Below are positions 18,926-29,316 of a stretch of 64,000 nt of DNA, piece by piece. Origin of the DNA: Desulfatiglandales bacterium (GTDB lineage Bacteria; Desulfobacterota; DSM-4660; Desulfatiglandales; Desulfatiglandaceae); contig OY759599.1 of NCBI GenBank assembly GCA_963662465.1, positions 6,848,001 through 6,912,000 on the forward strand, read 5' to 3'. Each line of letters starts with the position of its first letter. Position 1 is the stretch's first letter. Position numbers and translations under genes: made by a program. Below the pieces are notes generated by a model, which was given only the letters and a program-made list of their open reading frames with translations, did not search any database and had not been told where the DNA came from.

Positions 18926-19426
18926 CTAATATTCAATCCCCTTTCTGGCCTTCGCCCCATTGTAGTAAGGATGCTTGACCTGCACCATTTCGGTGGCGTA
19001 ATCAGCCGTTTCGATTAGGTCGGAAGGCGCGTTTCTGCCGGTCATTACCAGCTCTACATGGCCCCTGCAACATTCAATCAGGTGCAGCAGATCCTGCTTT
19101 TTGAGTAGATCGAACAACAATGTATCCAAGATCTCGTCGCAGATCAGCACTTGGCCACTTTTAGCTTCACATAATGCAAATTGATAAGCATCCCTGGCGT
19201 GCTGGTAATGAACAGGATGAGCACCCCGAGACGTTATAAATGGATGTTTACCCGGGCACCAGTATCGGATATTCTCGATATTTTCTAAAATGCCGACTTC
19301 TGCGGATGTTCCGGATTTGAGAAACTGGACAAAATTGACCAGTAATCCCTCGCCTGCAGCCCTGACGGCAAGTCCAATGGCCCGGGTGGTCTTTCCCACC
19401 CCTTGTCCGTAATAGAGATGGACCAA
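18926..19426 (-). CDS. cobO: Cob(I)yrinic acid a,c-diamide / cob(I)alamin adenosyltransferase (CobO/BtuR type)
   Basis: VHLYYGQGVGKTT.AIG, VQFLK, ICDEI, MTGR.AP, KHPY..G.KARKGIEY. Confidence 0.88.
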   Translation of the reverse strand: MVHLYYGQGVGKTTRAIGLAVRAAGEGLLVNFVQFLKSGTSAEVGILENIENIRYWCPGKHPFITSRGAHPVHYQHARDAYQFALCEAKSGQVLICDEILDTLLFDLLKKQDLLHLIECCRGHVELVMTGRNAPSDLIETADYATEMVQVKHPYYNGAKARKGIEY

Positions 19427-19495
19427 ACCGAAACCTTTGTCTTCAATGATACCCGACCTTTCTTGTGTGTAAAAAATGGCGCTAATCCTCCAAAA

Positions 19496-20584
19496 TTAAA
19501 ATACACTTGTCTTGAGGGTTGCTTCATAACCGGCCACTAAGGCTTTGCACAGGTTTTCAGGTCCACTGCTTGCCGCCTTTTCAAAACCGCTCTCCACCAG
19601 ACAAAACCGCTGGATCTGATCAATTACGGGTTTGAGTTTCCGAAGATAAATGGGCGTGGCTTCCAGACCGGACGCAGAGGCCTCAAAGATAGCATCGACC
19701 GCAATCTGAGCACTTTTCAAAGCCGCGCCTATCCCCTCAAAAGTGATGGGGAAAAGCAGTCCCGCGGCATCTCCGACCAGAAGCGCATTGCCTCGAGCTG
19801 GATGGAACCTATTGGAAATCAGCTTGTTGTGAAGTTGTGGCGCCATACAGCCATCTCGCCACAGCGCTTTCCGATCGGGGTCCCAACCGTATGGGGCCAA
19901 AACAGCGGATACTTCACGCCGGAGTTCTTTGAGTCCGCTCCCTTCAACCAGAACCGCATCTCCTTTAAAATTGACGTTGAAACGAGGGCGGGGAAGCGAT
20001 CTGGGAAAAAACCAGTGAAGATATCGATGATCCAAATCCAGCGGGATGTCATAGCATTCCCTAAACGGAATGGAATATTTAACATCAAGCTCAGGGAACA
20101 ATGATTTCCTGACAACTGATCCAGCGCCATCCGCCCCAACAACATAGTTTGAGGTGATATCCTGCTGTTTGCGTCCTTTTTGCAACCGAAGTGTACACTG
20201 ACCGTCGCCGGGTGATACCCCCATTACTCTAACGCCGTCCCACAGGACCGCCCTTTTTTCGAGAGCTTTACGGGTCAACCAGAAATCCAGGTCCTTTCTC
20301 CAGGATATCAGCGTCCGCCATTCCAAAGTCTGTGCGGGAATTTCCGGAACATGGAACATTTGACCGGATAAATATCGTGGCGGCGCCAGAATTTCCTGTG
20401 GAATGTCACCGAATTCCATTTGGATGACGTCCGTGGCCCAAGGCCCGGCAACCATGCCGGAACAGACTTTATCACGCGGCAATTTTTTCTTTTCAATAAT
20501 CAGGGTTTTAAATCCCTGTTCCACACATTTCTTGGCGGCCAGAGAGCCCCCTGGCCCGGCGCCCACCACCACAACATCCCACAT
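19496..20584 (-). CDS. Geranylgeranyl-reductase-family FAD-dependent oxidoreductase
   Basis: GAGPGG, LPRDKVCSG, VVGADG, LVGDAAG...EGI. Confidence 0.85.
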   Translation of the reverse strand: MWDVVVVGAGPGGSLAAKKCVEQGFKTLIIEKKKLPRDKVCSGMVAGPWATDVIQMEFGDIPQEILAPPRYLSGQMFHVPEIPAQTLEWRTLISWRKDLDFWLTRKALEKRAVLWDGVRVMGVSPGDGQCTLRLQKGRKQQDITSNYVVGADGAGSVVRKSLFPELDVKYSIPFRECYDIPLDLDHRYLHWFFPRSLPRPRFNVNFKGDAVLVEGSGLKELRREVSAVLAPYGWDPDRKALWRDGCMAPQLHNKLISNRFHPARGNALLVGDAAGLLFPITFEGIGAALKSAQIAVDAIFEASASGLEATPIYLRKLKPVIDQIQRFCLVESGFEKAASSGPENLCKALVAGYEATLKTSVF

Positions 20585-20621
20585 GAATCACCTCCACGGC
20601 TATTTATAACGATGGGGCATC

Positions 20622-20942
20622 CTAGAATATGCGAAGCAGCAACGGCTCGGAGCTGGCGGAAATCTGGTAGGATTTCAGCACGGGCTCCCCGGTAATCATT
20701 TCCTTAAATCTCGCCAATTTGATTTCATATTCACCGGTTTTTTCATAGGCGGCAAGGTCCTCCTTCGTATCCCAAGCGGTAATGGCGATTCCCTCTCCCG
20801 CATTATCCATGGATTCCAAAAGATGGACAAAACGAAGGCCTTTTCGACCTTTGTGCTCAGGGATAACTTCATCGTTATAGAGCTTTCGTGCGGCCTCTTT
20901 TTTTCCCGGTTTAAGATTGACAAATGTCATACGGATGTACAT
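20622..20942 (-). CDS. ABM-like (dimeric alpha/beta barrel) small protein, copy 1
   Basis: 106 aa from ATG 20942 (GGAGG RBS): MYIRMTFVNLKPGK...GLRFVHLL...GIAITAWDTKED. Confidence 0.75.
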   Translation of the reverse strand: MYIRMTFVNLKPGKKEAARKLYNDEVIPEHKGRKGLRFVHLLESMDNAGEGIAITAWDTKEDLAAYEKTGEYEIKLARFKEMITGEPVLKSYQISASSEPLLLRIF

Positions 20943-21025
20943 GGGAACACCTCCTGTGAATTTCTTTATGAGCATTCAGCGTTATTGGACCACCGCTTTT
21001 ACCAAGGGCAATCCATGAATTGCGT

Positions 21026-21544
21026 TCAGGACTCCGACGAAAATTCAGTCTTTACCACATTCTGGAATTCGTTCCAGAAAGCCCTGTTTTCAGTCTTCCA
21101 GTCAGGCCCGAATTTCAGGTCGAAATATTCGGCAAGTTCGTCAAAAAGGATTTTCCAGGGCGCCTTTCCCACTTCGACGGCTTCCAGCAAATTCGCCAGA
21201 ATACGATACATATCTTCCATCCGTTCTTTGGGCAGAAATCCGATAGCGCCTTTCCGAACCGATTGCATGAAAGCCTCTACATTCAGGGCAAGAGCGGTGA
21301 ACATTACTGTGGGAATCCCTTTTTTTACCGTTTTTTCTAATAGTTCAAGGCCATTGACGCCCATGATATCCAGGACCGCCAAGTCATAGGTGTTGGTGTG
21401 GATCTTTTGTTCCGCCGTTTCGAAACTCGAGGCGCTGTCAACGACCGCTCCCCCCAGTAATTCTTCGACGGCTTCCAGGACGTCGGTTTCATCGTCGACC
21501 AGGAGAATTCGCTTGCCCTGAAGGCCTGATTCGAGTTGAGCCAT
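21026..21544 (-). CDS. Response regulator receiver protein without a DNA-binding domain, copy 1
   Basis: ILLVDDE, AVLDIMG, VMFTA, GAIGFLPK. Confidence 0.88.
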   Translation of the reverse strand: MAQLESGLQGKRILLVDDETDVLEAVEELLGGAVVDSASSFETAEQKIHTNTYDLAVLDIMGVNGLELLEKTVKKGIPTVMFTALALNVEAFMQSVRKGAIGFLPKERMEDMYRILANLLEAVEVGKAPWKILFDELAEYFDLKFGPDWKTENRAFWNEFQNVVKTEFSSES

Positions 21545-21651
21545 GGCTTGCTCTCCTTATTAGGGTTTTAAATTGGAATATTAAGCCATTTCTTCCAATA
21601 AATTATATTAAATTTATGAAACTATTTCAGATTGAAAGTTATCGTGTCATA

Positions 21652-23007
21652 CTAATGACGAACTTCAATTAGTTTCGCCTTCTTCGATGGATCTTTCTCC
21701 AGGCTGTTGGGCGGTACGAGCTGAATCTTCGTTCGAACGCGCAATCGGGTCGATATTTCATCCTCCATCTCTTTTTTCAACCGACCCATTTCGCTTTCCG
21801 CAAGACCCTGAGCATATTCCACCTTCATTTGCAGAGGAGGGGTCACTTTGGGCGGCGGTCCGTCCAAAACAATGCGCATCTCCCCCGTTACCTTGGGCAA
21901 GAATCCGTCCACCACCCCTTTTATCCCTGCCGGAAATACGTTTACCCCCTTGACGATGAGCAGGTCATCCACCCGGCCCTTATATTTCATTCGCATGCCG
22001 GGCATACCGCAACTGCAGGGTTCGGTGATCAGTTCGATGATGTCCCCCAATCCGTATCGGAAAGACGGGCCCGCCTGCCATTCCAATGCGGTGTGCACCA
22101 TTTCACCGATGCCGCCGCCGTTGGACAAATCGATCGGTTCTTTTGTATCCGGGTCCACAATGTCCAGAAAGTGGTAATCTTCACAAACCAGATGCATGCC
22201 CTGGTATGTTTCGCTGTCGCAGGAAACGGCGCCGAATCCCCAGATACCGCCGGTACTATCGAAAATTTTCGCGTTGAACCCTTCCGTGAGTTGTTTGCGG
22301 GTTTCCGGAATCCCGGCTCCTGGTTCGCCTACTGCCATAATGATGTCAATACCGAGGTCACTGGCGGAAATCCCCGCGACTTCGGGGGCCTTGCGAATGA
22401 TGTATTCGGCAAAGGACGGAATACAAAACATGCCTTTAGCTTGGATGAGCTTGGCAAAATCCAGCACCCGTGCGACACCGGATTCCGCACCCACTGGTAT
22501 GCCAGCTATTCCCATGTATTCGTAGGCCCGCATGGGGACTATCCCCGCGAGCCACATGCTCAGCCCGGTTATGTGCAGCATGTAGTCCCCGGGCCGAAGC
22601 CCCGCTCGCCAGTAAGTGCGGGAGAGCACTTCACTCTGAATCTGTATGTCCCGGGCGGTAAAGGCTTCAAAAACAGGTACTCCCGTGGTGCCAGAGGTGG
22701 AATGAATGGCCCGGACATCTTTGGGAGAAGCGCACAGATATTCGCCAAACGTGTGCCCGTGTTTTTTACGCGAGACTTCCTGACTTTCCCGATCGCTTTT
22801 TTTGTCCATGAAGAGCGGCAGTTTTCTGAAATCCTCAATGGATTTGATGTCGCCGGGATGGGCGCCGCAACGGTCGAATCGTTCCTTGAAATAGCTGGAA
22901 TTGTCGTAAATATAATGCATCTGCTTTGTTAGTTTTTTCCATTGAAGGTCCCGCAGCTGTTCGCGGGACATATGTTCCGCTGCCATATTCCAACAATCTC
23001 TCTCCAT
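21652..23007 (-). CDS. Phenylacetate-CoA ligase family protein, copy 1
   Basis: HSTSGTTG, VGEPG, RYGLGD, CSCG, GRVDDLLIVKGVNVFP. Confidence 0.88.
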   Translation of the reverse strand: MERDCWNMAAEHMSREQLRDLQWKKLTKQMHYIYDNSSYFKERFDRCGAHPGDIKSIEDFRKLPLFMDKKSDRESQEVSRKKHGHTFGEYLCASPKDVRAIHSTSGTTGVPVFEAFTARDIQIQSEVLSRTYWRAGLRPGDYMLHITGLSMWLAGIVPMRAYEYMGIAGIPVGAESGVARVLDFAKLIQAKGMFCIPSFAEYIIRKAPEVAGISASDLGIDIIMAVGEPGAGIPETRKQLTEGFNAKIFDSTGGIWGFGAVSCDSETYQGMHLVCEDYHFLDIVDPDTKEPIDLSNGGGIGEMVHTALEWQAGPSFRYGLGDIIELITEPCSCGMPGMRMKYKGRVDDLLIVKGVNVFPAGIKGVVDGFLPKVTGEMRIVLDGPPPKVTPPLQMKVEYAQGLAESEMGRLKKEMEDEISTRLRVRTKIQLVPPNSLEKDPSKKAKLIEVRH

Positions 23008-23046
23008 TACTTTCGACTCCTTATTTTTGCTTATTTGAAACGCACG

Positions 23047-24288
23047 TCATTCGGTCTTTTCGAAAATGTGGACGGCCATGGAGGCCTCTTCAACCCCGAC
23101 AAACCCACCGCCGTTTTCAGTCATTCCCATCCTGGCGCCCTCGACCTGCTTTTTCGCGGCTTCGCCCCGCAACTGCATCACGATCTCGGCAATTTGCCCA
23201 ATGCCGGTGGCCCCGAGGGGGTGGCCTTTAGAGACCAGCCCGCCGCTCGGGTTTACCGGCATGGCGCCGCCGAGTGTGGTAACGCCGGACCTGGCTGCTG
23301 CCACAGCATCGCCCCAGGGGCAAAATCCAAGACCTTCATATAGGATGATTTCTCCCATGGAGGTCGCATCATGAAGTTCCAGCACATCAATATCTTTGGG
23401 CCCCACACCCGCCATGGCGTAGGCCTTTTTACCCAAACGGGCTGATATGTGGTCCGGCCCGAATCCTTCAGGGCGATCCGTTCCAGAGCCAAGAATCGAT
23501 GCGAGAATTTTGACCTTCCGGGAATTTGGATGTTTTTTGAGAAAGGCCGAAGAGCAAAGAATCGCGGCGGCGCCGCCGTCGCCGATGGGTGAGCACATGG
23601 GCGCGGTCAGAGGAAAGACAACCGGGCGGGCTGCAATAATTTCTTCGACGGTCATGGGTTTACGGTACTGCGCCAGGGGGTTATGCACGCTGTGATTATG
23701 ATTTTTCGAGGCAACAACAGCCAGATCTTCCTGGGTCGTTCCGAAGGACTCCATGTGCAATCGGCAATGACTGGCGTACATGTCCATGGCGAAACTACGC
23801 TGATTGTCCAGGTCGGTGCCTCCCTTCCGCAGTGCTTCTTCCGCCCAGCGGGTTCGAAGTTCTTCCAGGATTTCCATGTCCATGCCCGCATCGTAGTTCC
23901 TGAACATCTTTTCCGTGTCTTCCAGGAACAGCTTTTCCGCACCCACCGCCATGGATACATCGGCGTGACCGCCTGCAATGGATTGCCAAGCCAGATGAAA
24001 GGCGGTTGAACCGGTGGCACAGGCATTTTCACAGTTGACAATGGGAATCCCATCGATTCCGGCGGCCCGGAGAGCGATCTGCCCCCGCACCATTTCCTGC
24101 CCGGTAACCAGACCTTGCATGGAATTGCCGAAAAATGCATTTTCCAGATCGCTTTTGAGGACGCCGGCATCTGAAATTGCGGCGGATATGGCTTCACCGG
24201 CCAGGGATTTGACATTCCGTTCCACAAATTTGCCGAACGGGGTATGACCAATACCGATTATGTATACATCTTGCATTAGTGTCTCCAA
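23047..24288 (-). CDS. Thiolase family protein (SCP2-type), copy 1
   Basis: ENACATGS, ELHDA, NPSGGLVSKGHPLGATG. Confidence 0.9.
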   Translation of the reverse strand: METLMQDVYIIGIGHTPFGKFVERNVKSLAGEAISAAISDAGVLKSDLENAFFGNSMQGLVTGQEMVRGQIALRAAGIDGIPIVNCENACATGSTAFHLAWQSIAGGHADVSMAVGAEKLFLEDTEKMFRNYDAGMDMEILEELRTRWAEEALRKGGTDLDNQRSFAMDMYASHCRLHMESFGTTQEDLAVVASKNHNHSVHNPLAQYRKPMTVEEIIAARPVVFPLTAPMCSPIGDGGAAAILCSSAFLKKHPNSRKVKILASILGSGTDRPEGFGPDHISARLGKKAYAMAGVGPKDIDVLELHDATSMGEIILYEGLGFCPWGDAVAAARSGVTTLGGAMPVNPSGGLVSKGHPLGATGIGQIAEIVMQLRGEAAKKQVEGARMGMTENGGGFVGVEEASMAVHIFEKTE

Positions 24289-24322
24289 TTCTTCACGGAA
24301 TAAGGGTCGACCGGCTCGGTTA

Positions 24323-24928
24323 TCATTTCGCCAAGACAGGCGGTCGGCCCAAACGGGTTAAAATTTCCGGCATGGCAGCCGCCAGACGCTCTTTGATCTG
24401 ATCCATCACCTGATCAGTGACCGACCAGTGATCGCATTCCAGCATGCAGAATTTCGCAGGCGGCATCAGTCCCGGCGGTTCATCGGCCACGATATCCTCG
24501 AATTGAAAAGGAAATGAGAGTTCCGCCAGGGTCGAGACTTTGTTTGCGGCACTGGGATAGGCCTCACAAATGGCCTGCTTGTGACTTTCACCCATGGCAA
24601 CGATGAAATCCGCACCTTTGACAGTTTCCAGATCCAACGGCTGGGAGCGGTGTTCGGTCACATCGATTCCCGCCTTTTTTTGCATGTAAAAAACCACACA
24701 CGGCATGGGTCGCCACCCGAACATGGGCTCTGGAATGGGAATGCCCTTTTCCCGATGAAGGCTTATTTGCTTCGGGCTGACGATGCCGGTGGACGACACC
24801 GTGATACCCGAAGTCACCATCCGATCCAGGGAGGCAAGCATGTGCCGGAAGAGATATTCGGCGATGATGCTACGATGCCGGTTTATGGTGCAGACAAAGA
24901 CCAGTTGTTTCGCGATCGAGTCACTCAT
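24323..24928 (-). CDS. Low-molecular-weight phosphatase / ArsC-fold protein A (intact in copy 1)
   Basis: P-loop FVCTINRHRS, SSTG, GIDVTEHRSQ, ADFIVAM. Confidence 0.78.
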   Translation of the reverse strand: MSDSIAKQLVFVCTINRHRSIIAEYLFRHMLASLDRMVTSGITVSSTGIVSPKQISLHREKGIPIPEPMFGWRPMPCVVFYMQKKAGIDVTEHRSQPLDLETVKGADFIVAMGESHKQAICEAYPSAANKVSTLAELSFPFQFEDIVADEPPGLMPPAKFCMLECDHWSVTDQVMDQIKERLAAAMPEILTRLGRPPVLAK

Positions 24929-24973
24929 TATTATCTCCGTACCGCTTTATGTGCGCATCAGCGTTGCGTATGC

Positions 24974-25951
24974 CTAATCCTTTTCCAACGCAGGAAAGAC
25001 GGTCTGCCAGATGTCCATATCGGCAAGGATTTTATCGCATGCCAGATAGGGGTCCATCCGGTTTTCTTCAACCTGACTTGCATAGGTTTGAAATGTGGCA
25101 TCATTTTCAAGGGCCTGTTTTACCTTCCGAAGCAGCAACTCTTTCATAATCTGGGCGAAAATTCGTTTGCGATTCTCCCGGTTAAGCCGCTCTCCCGTGC
25201 CTGTCCGGGATAGAAATTGACGATGCGCTTCCACGGCCTCCATGCATTCCGCCGTGCCGACCCCTTCAATGGCCTGGGTTTGCACAATAGGCGGACGCCA
25301 CTGGCCGGGTTTGATTCGAATATCCAGGATGGCGGCCAGATCTTCCTCGGTGACGTTGGGCTCACCCTTGTCGATCTTATTGATCACGAAAATATCGGCA
25401 ATCTCCATGATTCCCGATTTCATGGCCTGGATATGGTCCCCGGCCGTGGGGGTCAGCACCAGGATGTTGGTTTCGGCGATACAACGGACATCCAATTCCG
25501 CCTGTCCCACCCCGACGGTTTCGAGTAAGATAAAGTCTTTGCCGAAAGCGTCCATGAGGCTGACCACCGCATGAACCTTCTGGGGCAAACCGCCCAAATT
25601 GCCCCGGGTCGCCATACTCCGGATAAATACGCCTGGATCAAGAAAGGTGGACCCCATTCTTATGCGATCTCCCAGTATGGCGCCGCCGCTGTAGGGGCTG
25701 CTGGGATCACAGGCAACCACACCCACCGTGGTTGATGCTTTTCGCATGTTCATGGTCAACTGTGAGGTGAGTGTGCTTTTGCCCGCTCCGGGGGAACCTG
25801 TAATGCCGATGCAATAGGCGTGTCCCGGATGATCCTTGATTTCTTTCATCAGGTCCGAGATGATCAACCGTTCGTTTTCAATCATACTGATCAGTCGGCT
25901 CATGGCATAGCTATCGCCCTGCAGCATCTTTTCTGTCAAATCCAGTATCAT
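24974..25951 (-). CDS. meaB: MeaB/ArgK G-protein chaperone of B12 mutases, copy 1
   Basis: GSPGAGKST, DPSSPYSGGAILGDRIRM, RSMATRG, ETVGVGQ, NKID. Confidence 0.93.
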   Translation of the reverse strand: MILDLTEKMLQGDSYAMSRLISMIENERLIISDLMKEIKDHPGHAYCIGITGSPGAGKSTLTSQLTMNMRKASTTVGVVACDPSSPYSGGAILGDRIRMGSTFLDPGVFIRSMATRGNLGGLPQKVHAVVSLMDAFGKDFILLETVGVGQAELDVRCIAETNILVLTPTAGDHIQAMKSGIMEIADIFVINKIDKGEPNVTEEDLAAILDIRIKPGQWRPPIVQTQAIEGVGTAECMEAVEAHRQFLSRTGTGERLNRENRKRIFAQIMKELLLRKVKQALENDATFQTYASQVEENRMDPYLACDKILADMDIWQTVFPALEKD

Positions 25952-25993
25952 TTTAATTCCCCCTTTGCGGTCTGCGATCAAGCGATTTCCGGT

Positions 25994-26389
25994 TTAGGCA
26001 TTGAGGTATTTAATAACATCTTCAGTGGGCGTATCCGGTCCGAAGATGGCATCAACACCCATCTTTTTGAGCGCCTCGATCTCATCACTGGGGATAATCC
26101 CTCCAACCAGAAATTTGACTTTTTTTCCTTTTTCTTTCAAGCCGTTGAGCACGGCAGGAATATCATGGGCATATCCGGAACTATAAAAACCCATGCCGAT
26201 CACGTCCACGTCCTCCTGCAAAGCGATTTCCACGACTTCCTCACAAACGCGGTATCGGATGAAAACGACTTCCTTGCCCAGGTCCCGAAACACTTCCGCA
26301 ATATACCGGATACCGCGATCATGGGCATCCTGGTCGCACTTGGCCAGAAGCACCCGAACTTTATCATCAACCTTTACCGTAGTATCCAT
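25994..26389 (-). CDS. Cobalamin-binding small subunit of an acyl-CoA mutase, copy 1
   Basis: DAHDRG (DxHxxG), ALQEDVDVIG, GGIIP. Confidence 0.92.
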   Translation of the reverse strand: MDTTVKVDDKVRVLLAKCDQDAHDRGIRYIAEVFRDLGKEVVFIRYRVCEEVVEIALQEDVDVIGMGFYSSGYAHDIPAVLNGLKEKGKKVKFLVGGIIPSDEIEALKKMGVDAIFGPDTPTEDVIKYLNA

Positions 26390-28085
26390 ACCCTAAAACC
26401 TCCTTTAACAACCCTTGAGTTTCACCCAATGTACAGTCTGCCCGAAAGGCGTCGATCATGGCCGGCATGACCCGGCCGCAGGATTGCGGCCATTCGTTTT
26501 TCATCGCCAGAATGGCCGCACGCAAATGTTCCAATGCGGCCTGGGCCTTTTTTTCGTCCCGCTGTTCGCGGAAGGCCTTGACCCGTTCGATGGCGAATTT
26601 TTCCGTATCCGGCTTGATTTTGAACAGGGGTGGATGCACTTCGTCATCCACTGCGTATTTGTTCACACCGACAATGGGTCTCTTTCCGTCATCGATGGAC
26701 TCCTGCCATTTGCGCGCTTCCCTGGCGAGTTGGCTCCGGAACCAGCCGGACTCCCAGCATTTCAGATAGCCGCCTTTTTCTTCAATTTTGTCCAATAACC
26801 GGAGCGCTTCTTCCTCGATTTTCCGGGTCAGGGATTCCACATAGTATGATCCGCCCAGAGGATCCATAACATTGGCGATATTGGTCTCGTAGAACAGGAT
26901 CTGTCCGGTTCTCAGGGCGATTTGCGCCGCTTTCTGGGAGGGAATGTTGGAACATTCGTCATAGGAGGCGGCCCACACGCCGTCGGCGCCGGCGAGAACT
27001 TGGGCCAGGGCCATGATAGTCACCCGGATAATGTTGTTCTCCGGCTCCTTGTGGTGCAGTAGAGAACCGGCGGTTTGGGGGAAATTCCGTAAGCGCAGCG
27101 ATTCCGGGTTGGTGCAATTGAATTTATTTTTGAAGATGTTCGCCCACATTTTCCGCTTGGCCCTGAATTTGGCCACGGTTTCAAAAAGATCCAGGCTGGT
27201 GTGGTCGTGTCCGTAGTACCTGGGCACGAATTCGTCGGGATCGAGCCCTACGTTGATGCACTCCTGGGTGATGAACATGGCGGTGGCCAGGGTGAAAGCC
27301 ACTTCCTGGGCGGGGGTGGCGCCGGCTTCGCCGGGATTGTAACCGGTGACGCTGGCCACCTGGGACATGGGCACATGCTTTGTGAAGAACTTTACGCATT
27401 CGGATCCAATCTTGTACGCATGGCGGGGAGGATAGCCCGCGGCATCCCAGTACCAGGAATGGTACCACAGGTTGCTGACCTTCAGGCGCAACTTGTCCCA
27501 GGGTATCCCGTTTCTTTCCGCATAAACCAGGTACCCGGCAAGGATAGCGAGCTGCCCGTCCGGGCTGGCATAAAAAACTTCCATTTTGGTGAGGTCGCGG
27601 CCGTTGTACAGATCGTCGTAATCCCACATGGTGGAAAGGGACATGCCGTCTTTTCCAACACGGCCCCTGGCCTCGGGAGCGTCTGGATCGTATCCCTGCT
27701 GAGAGGGGATATCCAACGCAACGTTTTGAACCAGCAGTTTGTTGACGTCGTCCTGCCCGATAAAAAGACCCCACCCGATCCGTTCCAGGTACTCCATCCG
27801 TTCGCGGGTGTCCTTACTCATTCCAAGCGCTACGGGTTGGCGCATCATCCATCCATCGACCGTGTAGGGGACATTGCGAAATCCCCTGGTATAGGGATAC
27901 TCCCCGGGAATGGCGACATCATCAAAGCTGATCCCTTCCATGTCGGCAGGGGTGTACATGGGTTTTATGGGAATCCCGCCGGACGTTCTGGCCGAAATCT
28001 CCTCATCATCCACCGTATCCTTGATACGTTGCCGCCCCTGTTTTTCCATGGCCGCCGCTTTTTCCTTGACTGATTTTTCAAACAT
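26367..28085 (-). CDS. Methylmalonyl-CoA-mutase-family large subunit, divergent, copy 1
   Basis: PGEYPYTRG, EAGAT, AKFRA, QTAG..L, NNI.R, DPLGGSYYVE.LT, IVGVNKY. Confidence 0.93.
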   Translation of the reverse strand: MFEKSVKEKAAAMEKQGRQRIKDTVDDEEISARTSGGIPIKPMYTPADMEGISFDDVAIPGEYPYTRGFRNVPYTVDGWMMRQPVALGMSKDTRERMEYLERIGWGLFIGQDDVNKLLVQNVALDIPSQQGYDPDAPEARGRVGKDGMSLSTMWDYDDLYNGRDLTKMEVFYASPDGQLAILAGYLVYAERNGIPWDKLRLKVSNLWYHSWYWDAAGYPPRHAYKIGSECVKFFTKHVPMSQVASVTGYNPGEAGATPAQEVAFTLATAMFITQECINVGLDPDEFVPRYYGHDHTSLDLFETVAKFRAKRKMWANIFKNKFNCTNPESLRLRNFPQTAGSLLHHKEPENNIIRVTIMALAQVLAGADGVWAASYDECSNIPSQKAAQIALRTGQILFYETNIANVMDPLGGSYYVESLTRKIEEEALRLLDKIEEKGGYLKCWESGWFRSQLAREARKWQESIDDGKRPIVGVNKYAVDDEVHPPLFKIKPDTEKFAIERVKAFREQRDEKKAQAALEHLRAAILAMKNEWPQSCGRVMPAMIDAFRADCTLGETQGLLKEVLGYGYYGKG

Positions 28086-28137
28086 ATGACCTCCTAAGGT
28101 TGATATTTGTTTCTGGTTTTCCAGTGTTGCGCGCCAC

Positions 28138-29250
28138 CTAGGTTGCTTTTCCGGGACCGGCGCGGCGCTTTGACGAATCTATCGCGGTCTTTCTGACCTG
28201 TTGAACCATCTGAACCATCAAGTCCACAAGATAATCCGCCTTTTCACCTTCATTTTTTTTTCTTGAAACCACGGTCACCGGTCGTGTTTGAACCAGGAAG
28301 ATATTGGCGGGAAAGGGGAGATCCGGATCTACTGCCCACTCCATATCCTGGGGGGCGCCATAATGGGTCTCCAATTGGACCGCATACTCCGCCAGTTTGA
28401 TCGCCTCCATATCCGAAAGACAGGCCGCCTTTCGTTTGTCCGCGGGAACACTTTTTTCCTCTATGCCCGATGGACCGTAGTCGAGCAGTTTTTCCTTGTC
28501 GGAAATACTCTTTTTGATCAGGGTCATGGATTCTTTTTCGATGACGAATCGATCCGGCGCGACCAAACCCTGAACGATGCTTTCTCCCAGCCCCCAACTT
28601 CCTTCCAATACGACTTTCGACGGATCTCCGGTCAACGGGTGAACTGAAAACCCCACCCCCGCGGAGCGGGCATGAATCATTTGCAATACGGTGACCCCCA
28701 TAGCGCTGCCTTCGGCGGGAATATTCATTTTACGTCGATAGGTGATTGCCCGGGTGGTGAACTGGGAGGACCAGCATTGCACGATTTTTTCCACCAGATC
28801 CTCAGGACCCCGAACATTTAGAAAGCTATCGTATTGGCCGGCAAAGCTGGAGTCTTTCAGGTCTTCCGACAGCCCGCTGGACCTTACCGCCACCGGGACG
28901 TTCTCCGCTCCGGCGGCGCGGCATAATTCCTCATAACAGGAGATAATGTACCGACGCATGACATCGGGCAGGGTCTGGCTATCAATGATGTCGCGGATGA
29001 CCCGACTCTCTTCCTGGAGATCCGAGATATCGTTTCGATCAGGAGGGATACTTTCCATGTAACGATTGACCCGTGCGGCCGTGCCGGTCTCTTTCACAAA
29101 CCGGTTGTAGGCATCGGTTGTAATGGCAAAACCGTTCGGCACCGGCAGGCCGGCGTGCCGCATTTCCGCCAACTTGGCACTTTTTCCGCCCACCCTGTCA
29201 ACGGATATTTCGCCGATTTCATGAAACCAGACTACAAAATTATCTTTCAC
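28138..29250 (-). CDS. PEP-synthase N-terminal ATP-grasp protein (phenylphosphate synthase beta-like), copy 1
   Basis: VGGK, VPNGFAITT, VAVRSS, SFAGQ, WGLGE, DMEWA, QTRP. Probable GTG start at 29250 after GGAGG. Confidence 0.88.
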   Translation of the reverse strand: MKDNFVVWFHEIGEISVDRVGGKSAKLAEMRHAGLPVPNGFAITTDAYNRFVKETGTAARVNRYMESIPPDRNDISDLQEESRVIRDIIDSQTLPDVMRRYIISCYEELCRAAGAENVPVAVRSSGLSEDLKDSSFAGQYDSFLNVRGPEDLVEKIVQCWSSQFTTRAITYRRKMNIPAEGSAMGVTVLQMIHARSAGVGFSVHPLTGDPSKVVLEGSWGLGESIVQGLVAPDRFVIEKESMTLIKKSISDKEKLLDYGPSGIEEKSVPADKRKAACLSDMEAIKLAEYAVQLETHYGAPQDMEWAVDPDLPFPANIFLVQTRPVTVVSRKKNEGEKADYLVDLMVQMVQQVRKTAIDSSKRRAGPGKAT

Positions 29251-29316
29251 GAATTGCCTCCTCCAGATCTCTGTTGCACCGGGTTTCACCCCTGGCTCTG
29301 AAACCACGGCAACTTC

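Noticed and set aside
18500..19500. Cobalamin riboswitch near cobO/fadL
   Set aside because: No convincing B12-box seen by eye, and part of the gap is explained by an OYE remnant. An Rfam scan would settle it.
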